Positions 24,002-46,041 of a stretch of DNA of 64,000 bases are shown piece after piece. The DNA comes from Gracilinanus agilis (Eukaryota), in contig NC_058135.1 of NCBI RefSeq assembly GCF_016433145.1, positions 278,829,981 to 278,893,980 of the forward strand, read 5' to 3'. A program made the translations under genes and the position numbers. Numbering within the stretch: position 1 is the first letter of the stretch; each line of letters starts with the position of its first letter. The notes below the pieces were generated by a model that had not been told where the DNA came from, made no database searches, and saw only the letters and a list, made by a program, of their open reading frames with translations.

Positions 24002-27000
24002 TTAACGGAGGCTACTGCTGCTGCTGGCCTGGGAGCTGCCCATACCGGGGTGCTCTGGACTGTGTCGGTTCTGGGGAAAAAACAGAAGTAAATATAGGGA
24101 AGCCGTCTCGATTCCAGGGAGCTCACCACAGGTGGTAAACTACAACCTGTCTTGTCCCACCTTAAAGGACAAGTAGGCAAAAGGCTAAATTGAGGCAGCT
24201 TGGTAGAGTGGAATAAGGCCTGGCCTGGGAATCAGGAAAGCTGGGTTTGTGTCTCCCTCCGTCTGGCCACTCACTAGCTCCTGTACCCTGTGGCCTTACT
24301 TCTCTTCTAAGCCTCACTTCACCTCACAAGCACACAGGGTGGGCCTACTATGTGCAAGGCACTCTGCTAGATGGAGGAGATACAAACGCAGAAAGGACAT
24401 ATTCCCTGCCCTCGAGAGGAGCTTCCACTCTACTGGAATGGGAATCAATATGACATCATTTGAAGAGGAAGGCAGGCACTAACCGCTCTGATGAGGAAAT
24501 GCTTCCTGTGGAAGGTGGCATCTTAAGTTGAGCCTTGAAGGAAGCTACGGATCCTCAAAGTCGGAGGCGGGAGGGAGCCAATTCTAGGCATGGCACCACG
24601 GATTTAGGAAATGAAATGCTGAGTTTGGGGAACAGTGAGCAGGCCAATTAGACTAAAAAGTAGAGTGTGTGTGAAGGGGAGCAATCGGAAATAAATCTGC
24701 AGAAGGTAGGCTGGAGCCCGACTGCCGAGGCCTATTCGTACCCCAGAGAGCCACAGAAGGTTCTGATTAAGGAATCAGGCGAACAATATGGAACTACCTG
24801 GGCATTCAAACTAAGGCAGCAGTTGTGGAAGATGATGAAAAGAGGGGAGGAGCTAGAAGCCAGGAGACCAATAAAGCTGTTTCTGCCATTCAGAAAAGAG
24901 ACGATGGGGACCTGGACTTGGTTGTATGAGCAGAGAGAGAAGGGATGAAACTGATAAGATCTGACAACTGACTGGATGTGAGGGGGGAGAAGACAGAACC
25001 CCGAACGACGACAGACAGGAGTGGCTAGCAGAATGGTGATGCCAGTGACAGAAACAGCAGTTTGTGCGAGGAGAGATGGTTTTAGGGAGAAAGAGAATGA
25101 ATTCCTTTTCAGAGACGCCGAGTCTGAGAAGCCGAGGGGACATCCGAGTCCTGATGTCCAGCAGGCAGCTACTGAGGCTCAGGAGAGATCTGGGAGTTGC
25201 CTCTCTAGGGACACTCACTGAACCTATGGCAGCTGATGAGATCACTGAGGAAGGAGGTATAAAGAGAGAGGAGGTCCCAGGACAAGGGCTCAGGAGCTGG
25301 AGGGCAGGGCCTGCACGGTCCAGCCAAGGAGGCTGAGAAGGACTAGCCAGGCAGCAGGAGGAGAACCAGGAGAAAGCAGGACCCATGGAGCAAAGAAGGA
25401 GAGGCTGACAGCCTAGAAAGGAGCAGCTTTAACTGGGTGCCGGGTCAGAAGGCAGGTTACAACGTTCTGGGGATTGGGAGAAAGAGTGGAACCAACCAGT
25501 GATGACAGCCTTTTCTGGGAGTGTGGATATGAAGGGAAGAGCCAGTCAAGTAAAGGTTGTCTGAGGATGAGAGAGCCCTGGGCCTATTTCTGAGCAATCA
25601 AGGAACAGCCAGGAGACAAGGAGAGACTGAAGATGAGGAAGGAATGAAGCTCCCAGGAGAGATTGGGAGGGCTCAGGGCACAAGTAGGGGCAGCCTTGGC
25701 AGAGAGAAGAGAAAGAGACACAATGCAGCAGGGCTTTGAGGTAGCAAAGAGGAAACTCAGGACACACAGCCTTTGGGTTCTCAGTAAAGGGACATAAAGT
25801 CCTCTGCTGAGTGGGTAGGGAGGGAGGGAGGTCTGCCCGGTGCTGCTGGGGGTCTCCTCACTGTAAAACAGGCACACCCAACAATGCTGGCAACACTCGG
25901 GTGCAGGAAGGCGCTCGCTGGCCCTTAAAGCCCTGCACGGCTGCGAGTGTCCTATGGTCCGCACCTGAGGGGAACAAGACACACGGGACCTCAGTAGGTT
26001 ACAGGAAGAGACCGCTAGCCTACCTTCTTCTTCTTCTTTTCTTTCTTCTTCCTTTTCCGCTCAGGATCTTCTTCCTTTTTCTTTTTCTTTTTCTTGTGAT
26101 CCGAATCGGATGGAGTTTCTATAGGAGACAGTATCACCTGTAGAGTTCCTACTGCTTATGAACTCAAAAGCCAACATGAAAACTGAGTCAAGGACAACTG
26201 GCTTGAAAGGGGGCCTCAGGCTCTCCCAGGGACTCAATGGCAAGTCCCCCCCAGGGCACCGGTTCTTCCTGGGACTCTGCAAGCAGGAGCTTTGTGTTAA
26301 GAGAATGGCCGGCGTGGTCTGGTGAAAAAAGCCCTAGACTCGGAATCAGGAAAACCTGGGTTCAAATTCCCGGCTCAGACACTTCCTAGCTGTGTGGCCT
26401 TGGGCAAGCCTTTTCCCTCCTCTGGGCCTCACAGAGTTTCCTTGGCTGTAAAATGGGGATTGGAGCGCTTGTGCTAGCTAGCTACCTTCCAGGGATTCTG
26501 TGAGGGCGGTGTTCTGGAAACCTTTGAATGCTAGATGATGTGAGTGCCTACTGTTTTCAGACTGCTTGAGGGCAGTAAGAGTCAGATGCAGAAGAGAAGG
26601 CTTTCTGGCCTTCAGGACCAGCTTCTTACCTGGGGGGACAGGGTCCTGGGTGCGGCTCTGTTTGTGCTTGTGCTTATTCTTCTTCTTGGGGGGCTGGATG
26701 TGCATCAGGCGGCACTGTTCTGGCAGCTGGAAGAAGGGCGCAGAGGTGCGGTGAGTAGAGGTGGAGGCTGTGCCCTCCATGCCCAGCTCCCCTCCCCCAG
26801 GCCCCGGCCTCAGGACTCACCGGGCCCGCGTGTAGGCGGAAACCCGCCAACATGGTGCCAGTGATAGGGTTGAAAGAGCCCCCGAGGATGGGGGGCTTCT
26901 CTATGAGAGAGCGGAGGCCGCTGTTGTCATGGGAGCCAGGCAGGTCAATCATCCCAGGCAGGTCAGGCAGGAAATTGCTCAACTTCTCCTTCACCTTCTT

Positions 27001-30000
27001 CCCACAAAATTTATTATAGGCGTGCTCCAAGTTGTAGTGTGTGATCAGATTGGTACTCCCTGTGAGCTCTGTGCTTCCTGCAGAGAAAGGGGAAGGGAGT
27101 GCCATTAAGGGCCCGTTGCTGGGCAGGAAGGATGGGAATCATAAGCCATCCAAGAAGAAAAGCAACCTAACTTAGCTTGCTCGCTTCTTTAAGAAAAACA
27201 TAAAACGTGCAACTGGCCCATTTATAAATGAAGAATGGAAACCACAAAGCAGCAGACTGAATGCTGCTCCATCAGTAACTCTTAGCTCTATGAACCAGCC
27301 TGAAGATCCCTTGGCCCTCTTTGTTCAATAAATAGGGTCAGATCAGGCAAACTCTTCTGTTCTAACTCTCAAATGATACCATTCCTAAATACGGCAGACA
27401 TTTTAAAAAGTCCTAGAAATGCCTTCATATTCATAGAATGTCAAACCAGTTCCATGCTATGGCCCGGTTCCAATGAAAGCAGGAAGAAACAGGAACAGGC
27501 AGAGAGAAGCAGAGAGAAACAAACACAAGAGAAGAAACAAATGGCGAAGTGGGAGTTAGAGGGCCAGGTGCCAGATGGGAAAAAGATGGGAAGGCTGAGA
27601 GTGTCCAGAAGTTTGGGGTCTGCACACAGCATCTTTTGGGCTATGGACTTTAGTTATTAACACCTGAAATTGCCATTCCCCAATTAAGCATTTTGTTTAG
27701 CTTTTCACTGCCTCTAATTGGTAAGGCTCTATTCTTAAAGGACAACTCACTAAAGCAAACAATCTTTTCTGAAAAGTAGCCACACTAAACCGTGTTTCCT
27801 GATTCTTTTTTTTAACCCTGACCTTCTGTCTTAGAATCAATCCTGTGTATTGGTTCTAAGGTGGAAGAGTGGTAAAGGATAGGTTAAGGGGGTTAAGGTC
27901 ACACAGTGTCTGAGGTTAAATTTGAATCCAGGACATCCCATCTCTAGGGCTGGCCCTCAGCTACTGAGCCACCTAGCTGCCCCCAAGATCACTTTTTGAC
28001 AGTTGAATGGTACATGGTCTGTAGTAGGTAGAGACATGTATGTGGCAGGCAGACCTACTAGTAGCTACTGAAGGATTGGGGGGGGGACAAAAGAATGGGG
28101 GTGACAGGGGCCTGCATCAGGATGGTGGCAATGTCAGAGGAGAGAAGTGGGTGTAAAAGAGAGATGTTATGAAAGTAATTTTGACAAGCCTGGCAACCGA
28201 CTGGATACAGGGAATGGGAGAGAGTCAGGAATCTAGGGTTATACCGAGACTGCCAGCCAGGCTGACTGCGGGGACAAAGTGTACTGACAGCAAAGGGACG
28301 TCAGGCAGAGGGGAGGACAAGTTTCATTCTGGACATGTTGAGTTTAAGAGGACACCCTGTTCGAGATGTCTACTGTGCTGTCTCTGCCTGAGCTCTTCCT
28401 CAAGAGGGTAACTTGCTAGAACCCTGATAAAATTACACTATGAAAAGGTCTGAATTATCAGCTATAACACTAATTGTGTGTGACCGCAGAACTGACATTT
28501 GGAACAGGCACGGCACAGAAAAAGAGACTATATCCACCCTACAAGTCTCTCATTAGAGATTTAAAAAATTTACACGCATCATTCCGACCTTGAGGTCTTT
28601 CTCCTTCCTTTTAAGATTAAACAAAGCAGGGTCCACACCTGTCGAGCCCATTTCCTACAATTCACATGGCAACCTTCTGCAGTCAATACACTATACTGAC
28701 AGAGTTACCTCAAAGCTCACCAAGTGCCATCTAAATCACCTAATAGTAGAACACTGTTCCAAACCTTACTCCACCTGCTGCTTCACTGATAACAGTTCAA
28801 CATTTCTTTTAAAGTTTTGAAAATAATTATTGACCACCTCTGGTAGTCCAATGGGTAGAGTGCCCGGCCTGGAGTCATAAGTTCAAAGTCAGCCCCAGAC
28901 CCTTACTGGCGGTGTGATCCCAGGCATGTTATTTAATGTTTGCTTCAGTTTCTTCAACTATAAACTGGGAATAATAACAAGCAGGTACTTCACAGGGTTG
29001 TTGTGAGGATCAAATTTGATAATAATTGTAAAAAATAATTAAAAATCCTTAGAATAGTACCGTTCTAAATAACTCAGCAGGCACTATATAAATGCTCATT
29101 CCCTTTTTACATGCCGATAATTTCCCCCAGTATTCCTTCTTCTCCCAAAGAGGTCTCTCATATAACAGAGCAATTTTAAAGACAAACAAAATTTAAGCGT
29201 AAGAAAAAAAAGAGGAGAAAAACCAGCAGAACTGATCAGTGCACCAAACAAGCCCGACAATATGTACAATGTACATTTGTGAACTTTTTTCCAAGGGATG
29301 GAGTAGGAAGAGTATTTTATCTTTTCTTTCTTGCCACACATTTTCTTTGTCATTTTGCAACCTTTGCTTTAGCTTTTTTTGGTGCCAGTTCTTTCCATTT
29401 ATACTGCTGCAGTCACTAGGTTTACGCTGTTTTCTTGGTTGGCCTACATTTCACCCTGTACTGGTTCATGTGGCTCTTTCCATGTCTCTGTATTCATCAT
29501 ATTTACCACTTTTTATGAGTGAGATTCCAGTGATTGTGACACATTCGAATGCCACATTTTGTTTAGATGCTCCCCCAAGTGACAGGTCTGTTTCCAATTC
29601 TCTGCTATCAGAAAAACCGTACTGCAAATATATTTTGGTTTGTACAAGGCTTTCTTCTTATAGCCTCACTGGAGTATTAGCCTAGTAATGGAATCTCTTG
29701 GCTTATAGGGTATGAATATTTTAGTCACTTTATTTGCATACTGCTTTCAGCTCTGACAATAATGCACTAGTGTTTTTATTTCTCCACAACTGCTCTAACA
29801 TGGACTTCCCACTTTTTCTCACCTTTACCAATTTGTGGGGTGTGAGGTTCTTCAGGGTTGTTTTGATTTGCATTTCTTTTATTATCTAGTGATTTGGATC
29901 ATTCTTTGACTTGGTTGTTAATAGTCTGCAATTTTTTTTTTTTTTTTTAAACCCTACCTTCAGCCTTAGAGTGTGTATTGGTTCTAAGGCAGAAGAGTGG

Positions 30001-32102
30001 CTAGGCGATGGGGGGAGGGGAGGGTTAAGTGACTTGCCCAGGGTCACACAGTTAGGAAGTGTCTAAGGGCAGATTTAAACCCAGGACCTCCAGTGTCTGG
30101 ACCTGGCTCTCAATCCACTGAGTCACCCAGCTGCCCCCTGCAATTCTTTTGAGAACTGTTTGTTCATATTCTTTGGCCACTCATTTTTTCAGACTGGCTT
30201 TTGGTATCATTTTTATCTGTTAATTATTTCTATATCTTGGTAAACTCAACATTTCTAAAACAGAGTTCATCATCCTCCCCTAAAATATTTATTCTATACC
30301 ACCATTTTCTTAATTAATTTGTCGATAGAGCAGCATAATTTTTGAGCTGGAAGGGATCTTGGAAACCCTCATTTACAGATGAGGAGATGAGAGATTAATA
30401 ATCCAAATAAATGACTTGTCTATGGTAACATAAGTATCTGTGACAAGCCAGGATTTAAATTCATGATTCTTTATTTTTTAAGTGAATCCAACACTTTCCA
30501 CTGCACCAAGTACTATCCTTCTATGTAGACCAAGTTTGAAATCTTAATCATCTTTGACTTTTCCCTTTCTCTTATAACCAAATGGTCATAAAGTTCTGTG
30601 GATACTTTGCTTATAGGTAACATATTTTCTATCTAACTTTCCTTTATATTCCTACTTTTAACACTGCAATAGACTCTTATTTTATTCTTAGACTATGATA
30701 AGGGTTAAAATTGGCTACTCTGCTTCCAGTCTTTGTCTTTCCTCCTGCCTGATTAAAGCAATTCACTCTTTTTTTTTTCTAGGTTATGAAGAACCTCAGT
30801 GCCTATGCTCAGCAGCAAGTCAGCCATCTGTTTAGCCATGTCCCCTCCTCCCCCATTCCCTGTGTAGAACTTGCAATGGTTTGAGATGCTCCCAGCATAC
30901 GTGGGAGTATTCTTCTTAAATCAGTAATTTTCTACTATTGCCAAGTTAGGGTAGTTCTACAAGATTAGTTTAGCTGCTGCACTGTGAAGGATGCCCATAG
31001 GCATACTGGGCCCTTGAGGCCAAATTATTCCTTACAAGATTCCTGATATCTCTAAACACCATAATCTAATTACTGTTGGAATTGCTACTGATCCATACCT
31101 ATGATGGATAAAAGTGCCCTGATACAGTTTGGCTTGTCAGCTATGCAAAGGAAATCAACCATCTTTATCTATTTGGGTAACTCTCAAACAGGAGAATTAA
31201 AATAAGTAGTGCAGCTTGCATAAATCAGATTTCCTGCCCAAGTAAGGGAATGGAGTCAGCCGACAAGAAGTTATGAGTTTACTGGAGGTTAGCTTAAGAT
31301 CTTGATCATGCTTTGCAATGGAGATCATAAAGGAATTGAATCTCTTTACAATTTGTATTATTTTCAAGGAGGAGCCAACCAGGGGTCCATAGAGCACTTT
31401 ACAAATATCTCATTTTTCTCTCCACAACAACCTTGGAAGTTAGTTGTTACTTATTAAATCCCTTTTACAGATGAGCAAACTGAGGCAGGGAAAGGTTGAG
31501 TGTTTTGAAAAATTTGAACTCTTGTCTTCCTGATTCTGGGTCCAGTGCTCTATCCACTGCGCCACGGAGCAGACCATTTATATGACACTTTTAAGAATCA
31601 ACAAGCATTTATTAAATGGTTATTAGGTCCAGGTGGTACAACTAGAAAAATTGCCAGACTCGACTTTAGAACCCAGAACCTCCAGACTCCATCAGGCCAA
31701 AGAGTTTCAAGCCCGCTTATTGGCTGACCCGTTCGTTGGGCCCCGCCCCCTTTGCGCTCCGACTTCCAGAAATCCCCTCCCCTTTTACAGTATTTGTTGC
31801 TTCCGTTCATTGGCCTTCGGTTTCAAGCTATCACGCCCTCTTAGGAGCTGATTGGCTAGTTTCCAAGAGCATTCGTACTCACCTGGGAGCTCTCGCATCA
31901 GGTAGAAAGGCCCGCACCCAGCTGCGGCCTTGTCAGCGCCGGGGGCAGCTGGGGCCGCAGCGGGCGGCGGCACCGTTCCCGGGCCCCCGCCCGGAGGAGG
32001 TGGCGGCGGAGGGGGAGGCTTCCCCGGCCCAAAGCCCAGCGTGGCTGGTGGCGGCGGCGGCGGCTCAGTTTGGGTACCGAAGAGCGCTGTGAAGTTCTCC
32101 AT
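24002..32102 (-). CDS. MED19: Mediator subunit 19, 245 aa, 5 exons
   Basis: Minus-strand exons 32102-31883, 27077-26821, 26726-26630, 26118-26024, 24070-24002; GT-AG, 738 nt in frame. MENFTALFG...GPFYLMRELPGSTELTGSTNLITHYNLE...lysine-rich tail...NRHSPEHPGMGSSQASSSSSLR*. Confidence 0.98.
24480..25750. mobile_element. Ancient L2 LINE remnant in MED19 intron 4
   Basis: Purine-skewed degenerate sequence typical of reverse-strand L2. It explains the spurious ORFs at 24853-25386 and 25021-25221. Confidence 0.5.
27810..27984 (-). mobile_element. Marsupial SINE (representative; similar copies near 37100-37290, 50850-51020, 52940-53105, 54775-54960, 58735-58935, 59155-59290, 59830-60035, 60900-61015, 61870-62025, 63880-64000)
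   Basis: Recurrent aaacccttaccttc...ttagaatcaatactgtgtattgg...gtgacttgcccagggtcacacag motif. Boundaries approximate. Confidence 0.8.
29934..30137 (-). mobile_element. Marsupial SINE inserted in an L1 remnant
   Basis: Poly-T head on +, SINE body, TSD CTGCAATT at 29926-29933 and 30138-30145. Confidence 0.85.
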
Positions 32103-32585
32103 CGCGTCGACAGCTGTGCCGCCGCCACCGCCGCCGCCGCCGCCGCTGCTGCTGCTGCCACCCCCGCCCACTCGGTGCCTGGCGCCGCCGCGGCCTCTCA
32201 TTGGACAACCTTGTAGCGCAGCACCGCCCTCTTCTTCCTGGAGCCTCTATTTATTGGATGAGTCTGGTTCCACGGCCGAAGAACTTCCGTCGCTTGGAGA
32301 TGACATAAAAGGAAGTTCCGCTCGGTGACCCGAGACGTCTATCTTCCCGCCCACGCCGTTCAATGCATCCAATCAGAAAAGGAAGCTGAGAGAGGCCAGC
32401 CTTTCAGGGCGTCTTTCCAGCCATGTCCAATTATAATTCAGCTCCAGGCGCAGGTTCTGGAGCGACAGAGGCGCGGACCAATCGGAAGACCGCGGGGATC
32501 GAAGGGCGGTTTCGGCGTCCGGCCGGTCTTTTGACTGAACTGCAGTAACGGCGGCGGTAGCGGCCGCTGCTTAAGGGGAGGGAAG
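32103..32585. promoter_or_regulatory. Bidirectional CpG-island promoter shared by MED19 and TMX2
   Basis: Start codons are head-to-head, 483 nt apart. CCAAT/ATTGG boxes at 32200, 32253, 32369 (CCAATCAG), 32427 and 32478; ETS-like GGAAG sites; YY1-like AAGATGGC overlapping the TMX2 ATG. Confidence 0.85.
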
Positions 32586-42436
<9,851 letters not shown>

Positions 42437-43017
42437 GAACTCTGCTCTGCCCTGCCAGATATCCCTATTCCTCTAGCTTTTTCTTGGTTGCCTTTTCAGG
42501 CCTGCCCTCACTACGACTGAGGGACTTCATAGGCTGCTGCCTTTTAGTGTTTATATTTATTCCTAATTTGGAATAGACCTGGATCCAGGCCCAAGGCTGT
42601 TAGGGGAGGAATTAACAATGGCATACAAAAGTATGTACTTTGTGGCCAAACACTTCCCTCCACTTTGGTCAGCCATTTCACCAAAGGGGGGGGGGGCGGG
42701 GAGAGGAATCAATTCCTTATCTCAGAGAGAGGAAGTTCCTTTCTGAATGTGAACATTTTTCTACTGATGGGGGGCCAGGAAGAACAGAGGATGGGTTAAT
42801 CCAGAAGTCACATGTCTTCACCATTCTGTGGTTTCAGTGCTTCTTCCAGAGGCAAATAGTGAGCCCTTCAGTTCAAACAGGATTCAAGTCAGAAGCACCA
42901 CTAACAGACCTTCAGCAGCATTGACCTCACTTCCCTTAGGGCTTTCTGGCCTTCCTTATTGCTCTTTAGCATTTGGTAAAGAGTTTTGGTTTAACTTTGA
43001 TTTAGGTACTAGTAAGA

Positions 43018-43023
43018 ATTAAA
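43018..43023 (+). terminator. Candidate TMX2 poly(A) signal ATTAAA
   Basis: About 580 nt after the stop; alternative AATAAA hexamers at 43291 and 43312. Confidence 0.45.
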
Positions 43024-44329
43024 ATCCATTGACAACAGGTCTTCCTCCTACCCCAGAGAGGGGAAAGATGGGGTGCAAGTAGCTTTTAGAAATGTTCATT
43101 AATTTCAACACTCCTTTGAGCCAAGGAGAACCAAGAGCATGTAGTCTCTGTATATTGGGGACTGAAGGAGAAGGGCTCAGGGTTCCTTTGACACTTTTTA
43201 ATGATATCTTTAGTTTTTATATCCCCTTCATTTCTTTTTTTCCCCCTAAATCAATATGTACTTCCTTACTCCGTCCCCAATAATGAACCAAATAAAAAGG
43301 ACAAGCCTAAAAATAAAGACTTAAGAATATAGTGGCTCAGTCAAAGCTAATCAAATTCTCATTTTGGCCATGTCTGAAAATGTATGTCTCCTCTCTGTAT
43401 GGAGGTGAGCGGGGAATTTCATCTTCATTCTTTTGCTGTTCTGGTTTATGTTGATCAGAATTCTTACGAAGCTGTTTCTCTATAATGTCTGGATTGTTGC
43501 TGATTTTCCTCACTTTACATCTGTTCATAGAGGTCTTCCTTGTTTCCTCTGAAGCTGTCCTGATTCATCACTTTAGTTATTTCCCAATAAGAGGACAGTT
43601 TCAAATTTGGGGCTACCATATAAAAAGCTGTGAGAAATGTTTTTGCACTTATAGATCTTTTTTTTCCTCTTCCGCTTTCTCAGGAGTATAGATCTAGTAA
43701 TGTTGCCTCTAGTAACTGAGGCAGAGTGCACATTTTAGTAACTTTTTGAGCACAATTACAAATGACTTTCCTAAAGGGCTTGACTGATTCTCAGGTCCTT
43801 TGAAATGCCCTCCAGTATACCTATTTTTCTACCACCCCAATATTTGTAGAACCCAAAGTTGCTTTAATTTGCATTTCTCTAAAAGATTTAGAACGTTTTA
43901 AAAAATTGGTTGTTGATAGTTTGGATTTCTTCTTTTGAAAACTATGCTTTGATTTTTTGGTTGGGGAATGGCTGTTATCCTTATATTTGGATTATATATC
44001 TTGGAAATTCAGCTTTTAGCAGCAAAACTTTTTTCCCCAACTGCCTGTTTTCCATCTCATTTCCCCCTCCTAGATTCGGTTTGCTTTTGAATTTTATATT
44101 ATTAAAATTGTCGGTTTTATCTTGTCTAGTTCCATCCCTGGCTTAGTCAGGAACAGAGTTTTTTCCTGGTTTTCTAATTTTATGGATCCATTGGAATTTG
44201 GGCCAGCGCTAATGTCTGCCCGGACCCTCCTGACTCTCCTTCCTGCTCTGCAGACAGTCATTCACTACCCATAAACAATGGTAGCCCCTGCCCTCTCTGT
44301 GTCTGTGATCACAAACTGGAACTTGAGCT

Positions 44330-44890
44330 TCCGGGCGTGGGATCTTGGGAGAGGCGGTGCGCGAGAGCGTGCTCCCGTTTACACCGAAGGAGGGGGGCGG
44401 AACCCTAGAGTTCCGACTACAGTACTCTGAAGCTAGGGCCGAGGGCTGACTGGGAGGAGCCTAAGAGTTTGGCCAGAAAGGGTGTGTCCATGTGACCGGC
44501 GGGAGGGGGCGAGTCGAAGTGCATACCATTTAGCAGACGGAGGGGTGGAAAAAACATCCCTTTTACTTGCCCCGCAGCTAGTTAGACTTGTCTCTGCCGA
44601 TAAGCTCCTGGAGTTTGCCGAGAGTAGCCTGTTCCAGAGAGCAGAGCAGCGGATGTCTGCACGACTGGTATCACTGGTATCTAACCCGATTCACCTCCCC
44701 CCCCCACGTTTTGGTGCCACGTGGTTGCGCCCCGAGGTCCCGCCCTCCACGTGGGGATGGGCGGGGCTAGGAGCTGCGCACGCAGTCCGGGGTCGCTGAG
44801 CTAGGAGGCGCGCGGGGATTCCAGGTCCGCGGTCTGCACGTGTGTGGGTCTCACCGGTGCCTCGGTTCCACATCCCTTCCAGGACTCGGG
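44330..44890 (+). promoter_or_regulatory. SELENOH CpG-island promoter / 5' UTR
   Basis: CpG-rich, with GC boxes, an ACTACA half-site near 44416 and the MRE core TGCGCAC at 44775-44781. Confidence 0.7.
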
Positions 44891-44894
44891 TGCT

Positions 44895-45617
44895 ATGGCT
44901 CCCCGCGGGAGGAAGCGTAAGGCGGACGTGGCTGCAGCTGGCTTAGCCGAGAAGCCAGAGAAGCTGGCGCAGGGCGGCGAGGAGGGCGCGGGAGAAGCCC
45001 GCGTGGTCATCGAGCACTGGTGCGTCGCGGGGGGCGGGAGTGGGGGTGGGGATGGGGAAGCAGGACCCCGGAGCTGCCCCCACTCACGGCCTCCGGCCTT
45101 TTCCCTGCAGCCAGAGCTGACGTGTGTACGCGCGCCACGCCGAGGCCGTGGGCCAGGCACTGCGCCTCGCCAGGCCAGGGCTGCCCGTACTGCTGAACCC
45201 CGCCAAACCCCGCAGGAGCAGCTTCGAGGTGACGCTGCTGCGCCCCGATGGCAGCCGTGAGTGGGGTCCCCTGCGGAGGGCGAAACGGGAGTGGGCGAGC
45301 AGGCGGGCCGGCCCCCTCGGGCTGGTGCTTAGCAGCGGCAATGAATGCCTTTGCTGAAAGGCACGGAGGGGGCGTGAGGGACTGAGGCTAAGTAGAGGTG
45401 AAGGCAGACTCACGGATGCTCGGGCAGCGGGCTCCGTGCGGGGGCGGGGAGGGCTTCCCTCGTCCGCGGTTACCGTCGGAGAAGCACTTCCCACGTCTTG
45501 TCTCCTCTTCCCCCAGGAGTGGAGCTCTGGAGCGGCATTAAGAAGGGGCCCCCACGAAAACTGAAGTTTCCTGAGCCAGCGCAGGTGGTGGAGGAGCTGA
45601 AGGCCCGGTTGGTTTAA
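44895..45617 (+). CDS. SELENOH: Selenoprotein H, 123 aa including selenocysteine
   Basis: Exons 44895-45019, 45111-45256, 45517-45617; 372 nt in frame if TGA at 45118-45120 is Sec. MAPRGRKRK (NLS), VVIEHCQSU (CxxU), KPRRSSFEVTL, ELWSGIKKGPPRKLKFPEP. Confidence 0.97.
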
Positions 45618-45822
45618 GCGAGGCCAGCGCAGGACTTCCACGAGGAGGTTTGTCTCAGCGGACAGGCTTGAGCTACCCTGGGGGGGGGGAGGGGGCGGGC
45701 CTTCTGCGGTCCAGCCTGGGAAGAGCGGAGCATCCTGCACGAGGCCTCGGGCTTCCCCCGCCCCCGAAACTCAGACCCCTACGTTGTCCCCCTTTGTTGC
45801 AGCTGCCTGTCCCCAGTGAGTT

Positions 45823-45882
45823 TGGAGCGTCCATGATGGAACCTGACCAAATCTGCCAGTCACGTCCCTGAAGCTCGGGCTC
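45823..45882 (+). promoter_or_regulatory. SECIS element of SELENOH (in a separate 3' UTR exon)
   Basis: ATGA at 45832-45835; upper helix with 8 of 10 pairs; apical AAA at 45848-45850; TGAA at 45868-45871; lower helix GGAGC/GCTCC. A 3' UTR intron is inferred at 45648-45801 (gtttgt...ttgcag). Confidence 0.85.
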
Positions 45883-45935
45883 CTTCCCCTGGAATGGCGG
45901 CGCTGCGTGGCGTCCGGCGATGTTGTTACATTGTT

Positions 45936-45941
45936 AATAAA
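45936..45941 (+). terminator. SELENOH poly(A) signal AATAAA
   Basis: Canonical hexamer about 55 nt after the SECIS. Confidence 0.85.
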
Positions 45942-46035
45942 AGGCTTTGATAGGAACTTGTGGGGCCGCAGGAGTGCCGGTTATTGGCGGGACGGGGCTG
46001 ACACACACACCACGCACAGGGAGGCTTTAAAATGG

Positions 46036-46041
46036 TTTATT
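46036..46041 (-). terminator. BTBD18 poly(A) signal AATAAA
   Basis: TTTATT on the + strand, about 400 nt beyond the BTBD18 stop. Confidence 0.75.

Noticed and set aside
26478-26629. Read-through of the MED19 exon-3 donor giving an alternative C-terminus of about 50 aa
   Set aside because: Runs into MIR-like repeat sequence with no sign of coding constraint.
30780-31380. Non-repetitive-looking block in MED19 intron 1 with a small hairpin near 30885-30910
   Set aside because: No recognisable ORF, snoRNA boxes or miRNA-length stem; needs a database search.
44825-44882. Possible 58-nt SELENOH 5' UTR intron (gtccgc...ttccag)
   Set aside because: Shorter than the usual mammalian minimum and the donor is weak; the acceptor is plausible but the donor cannot be fixed.
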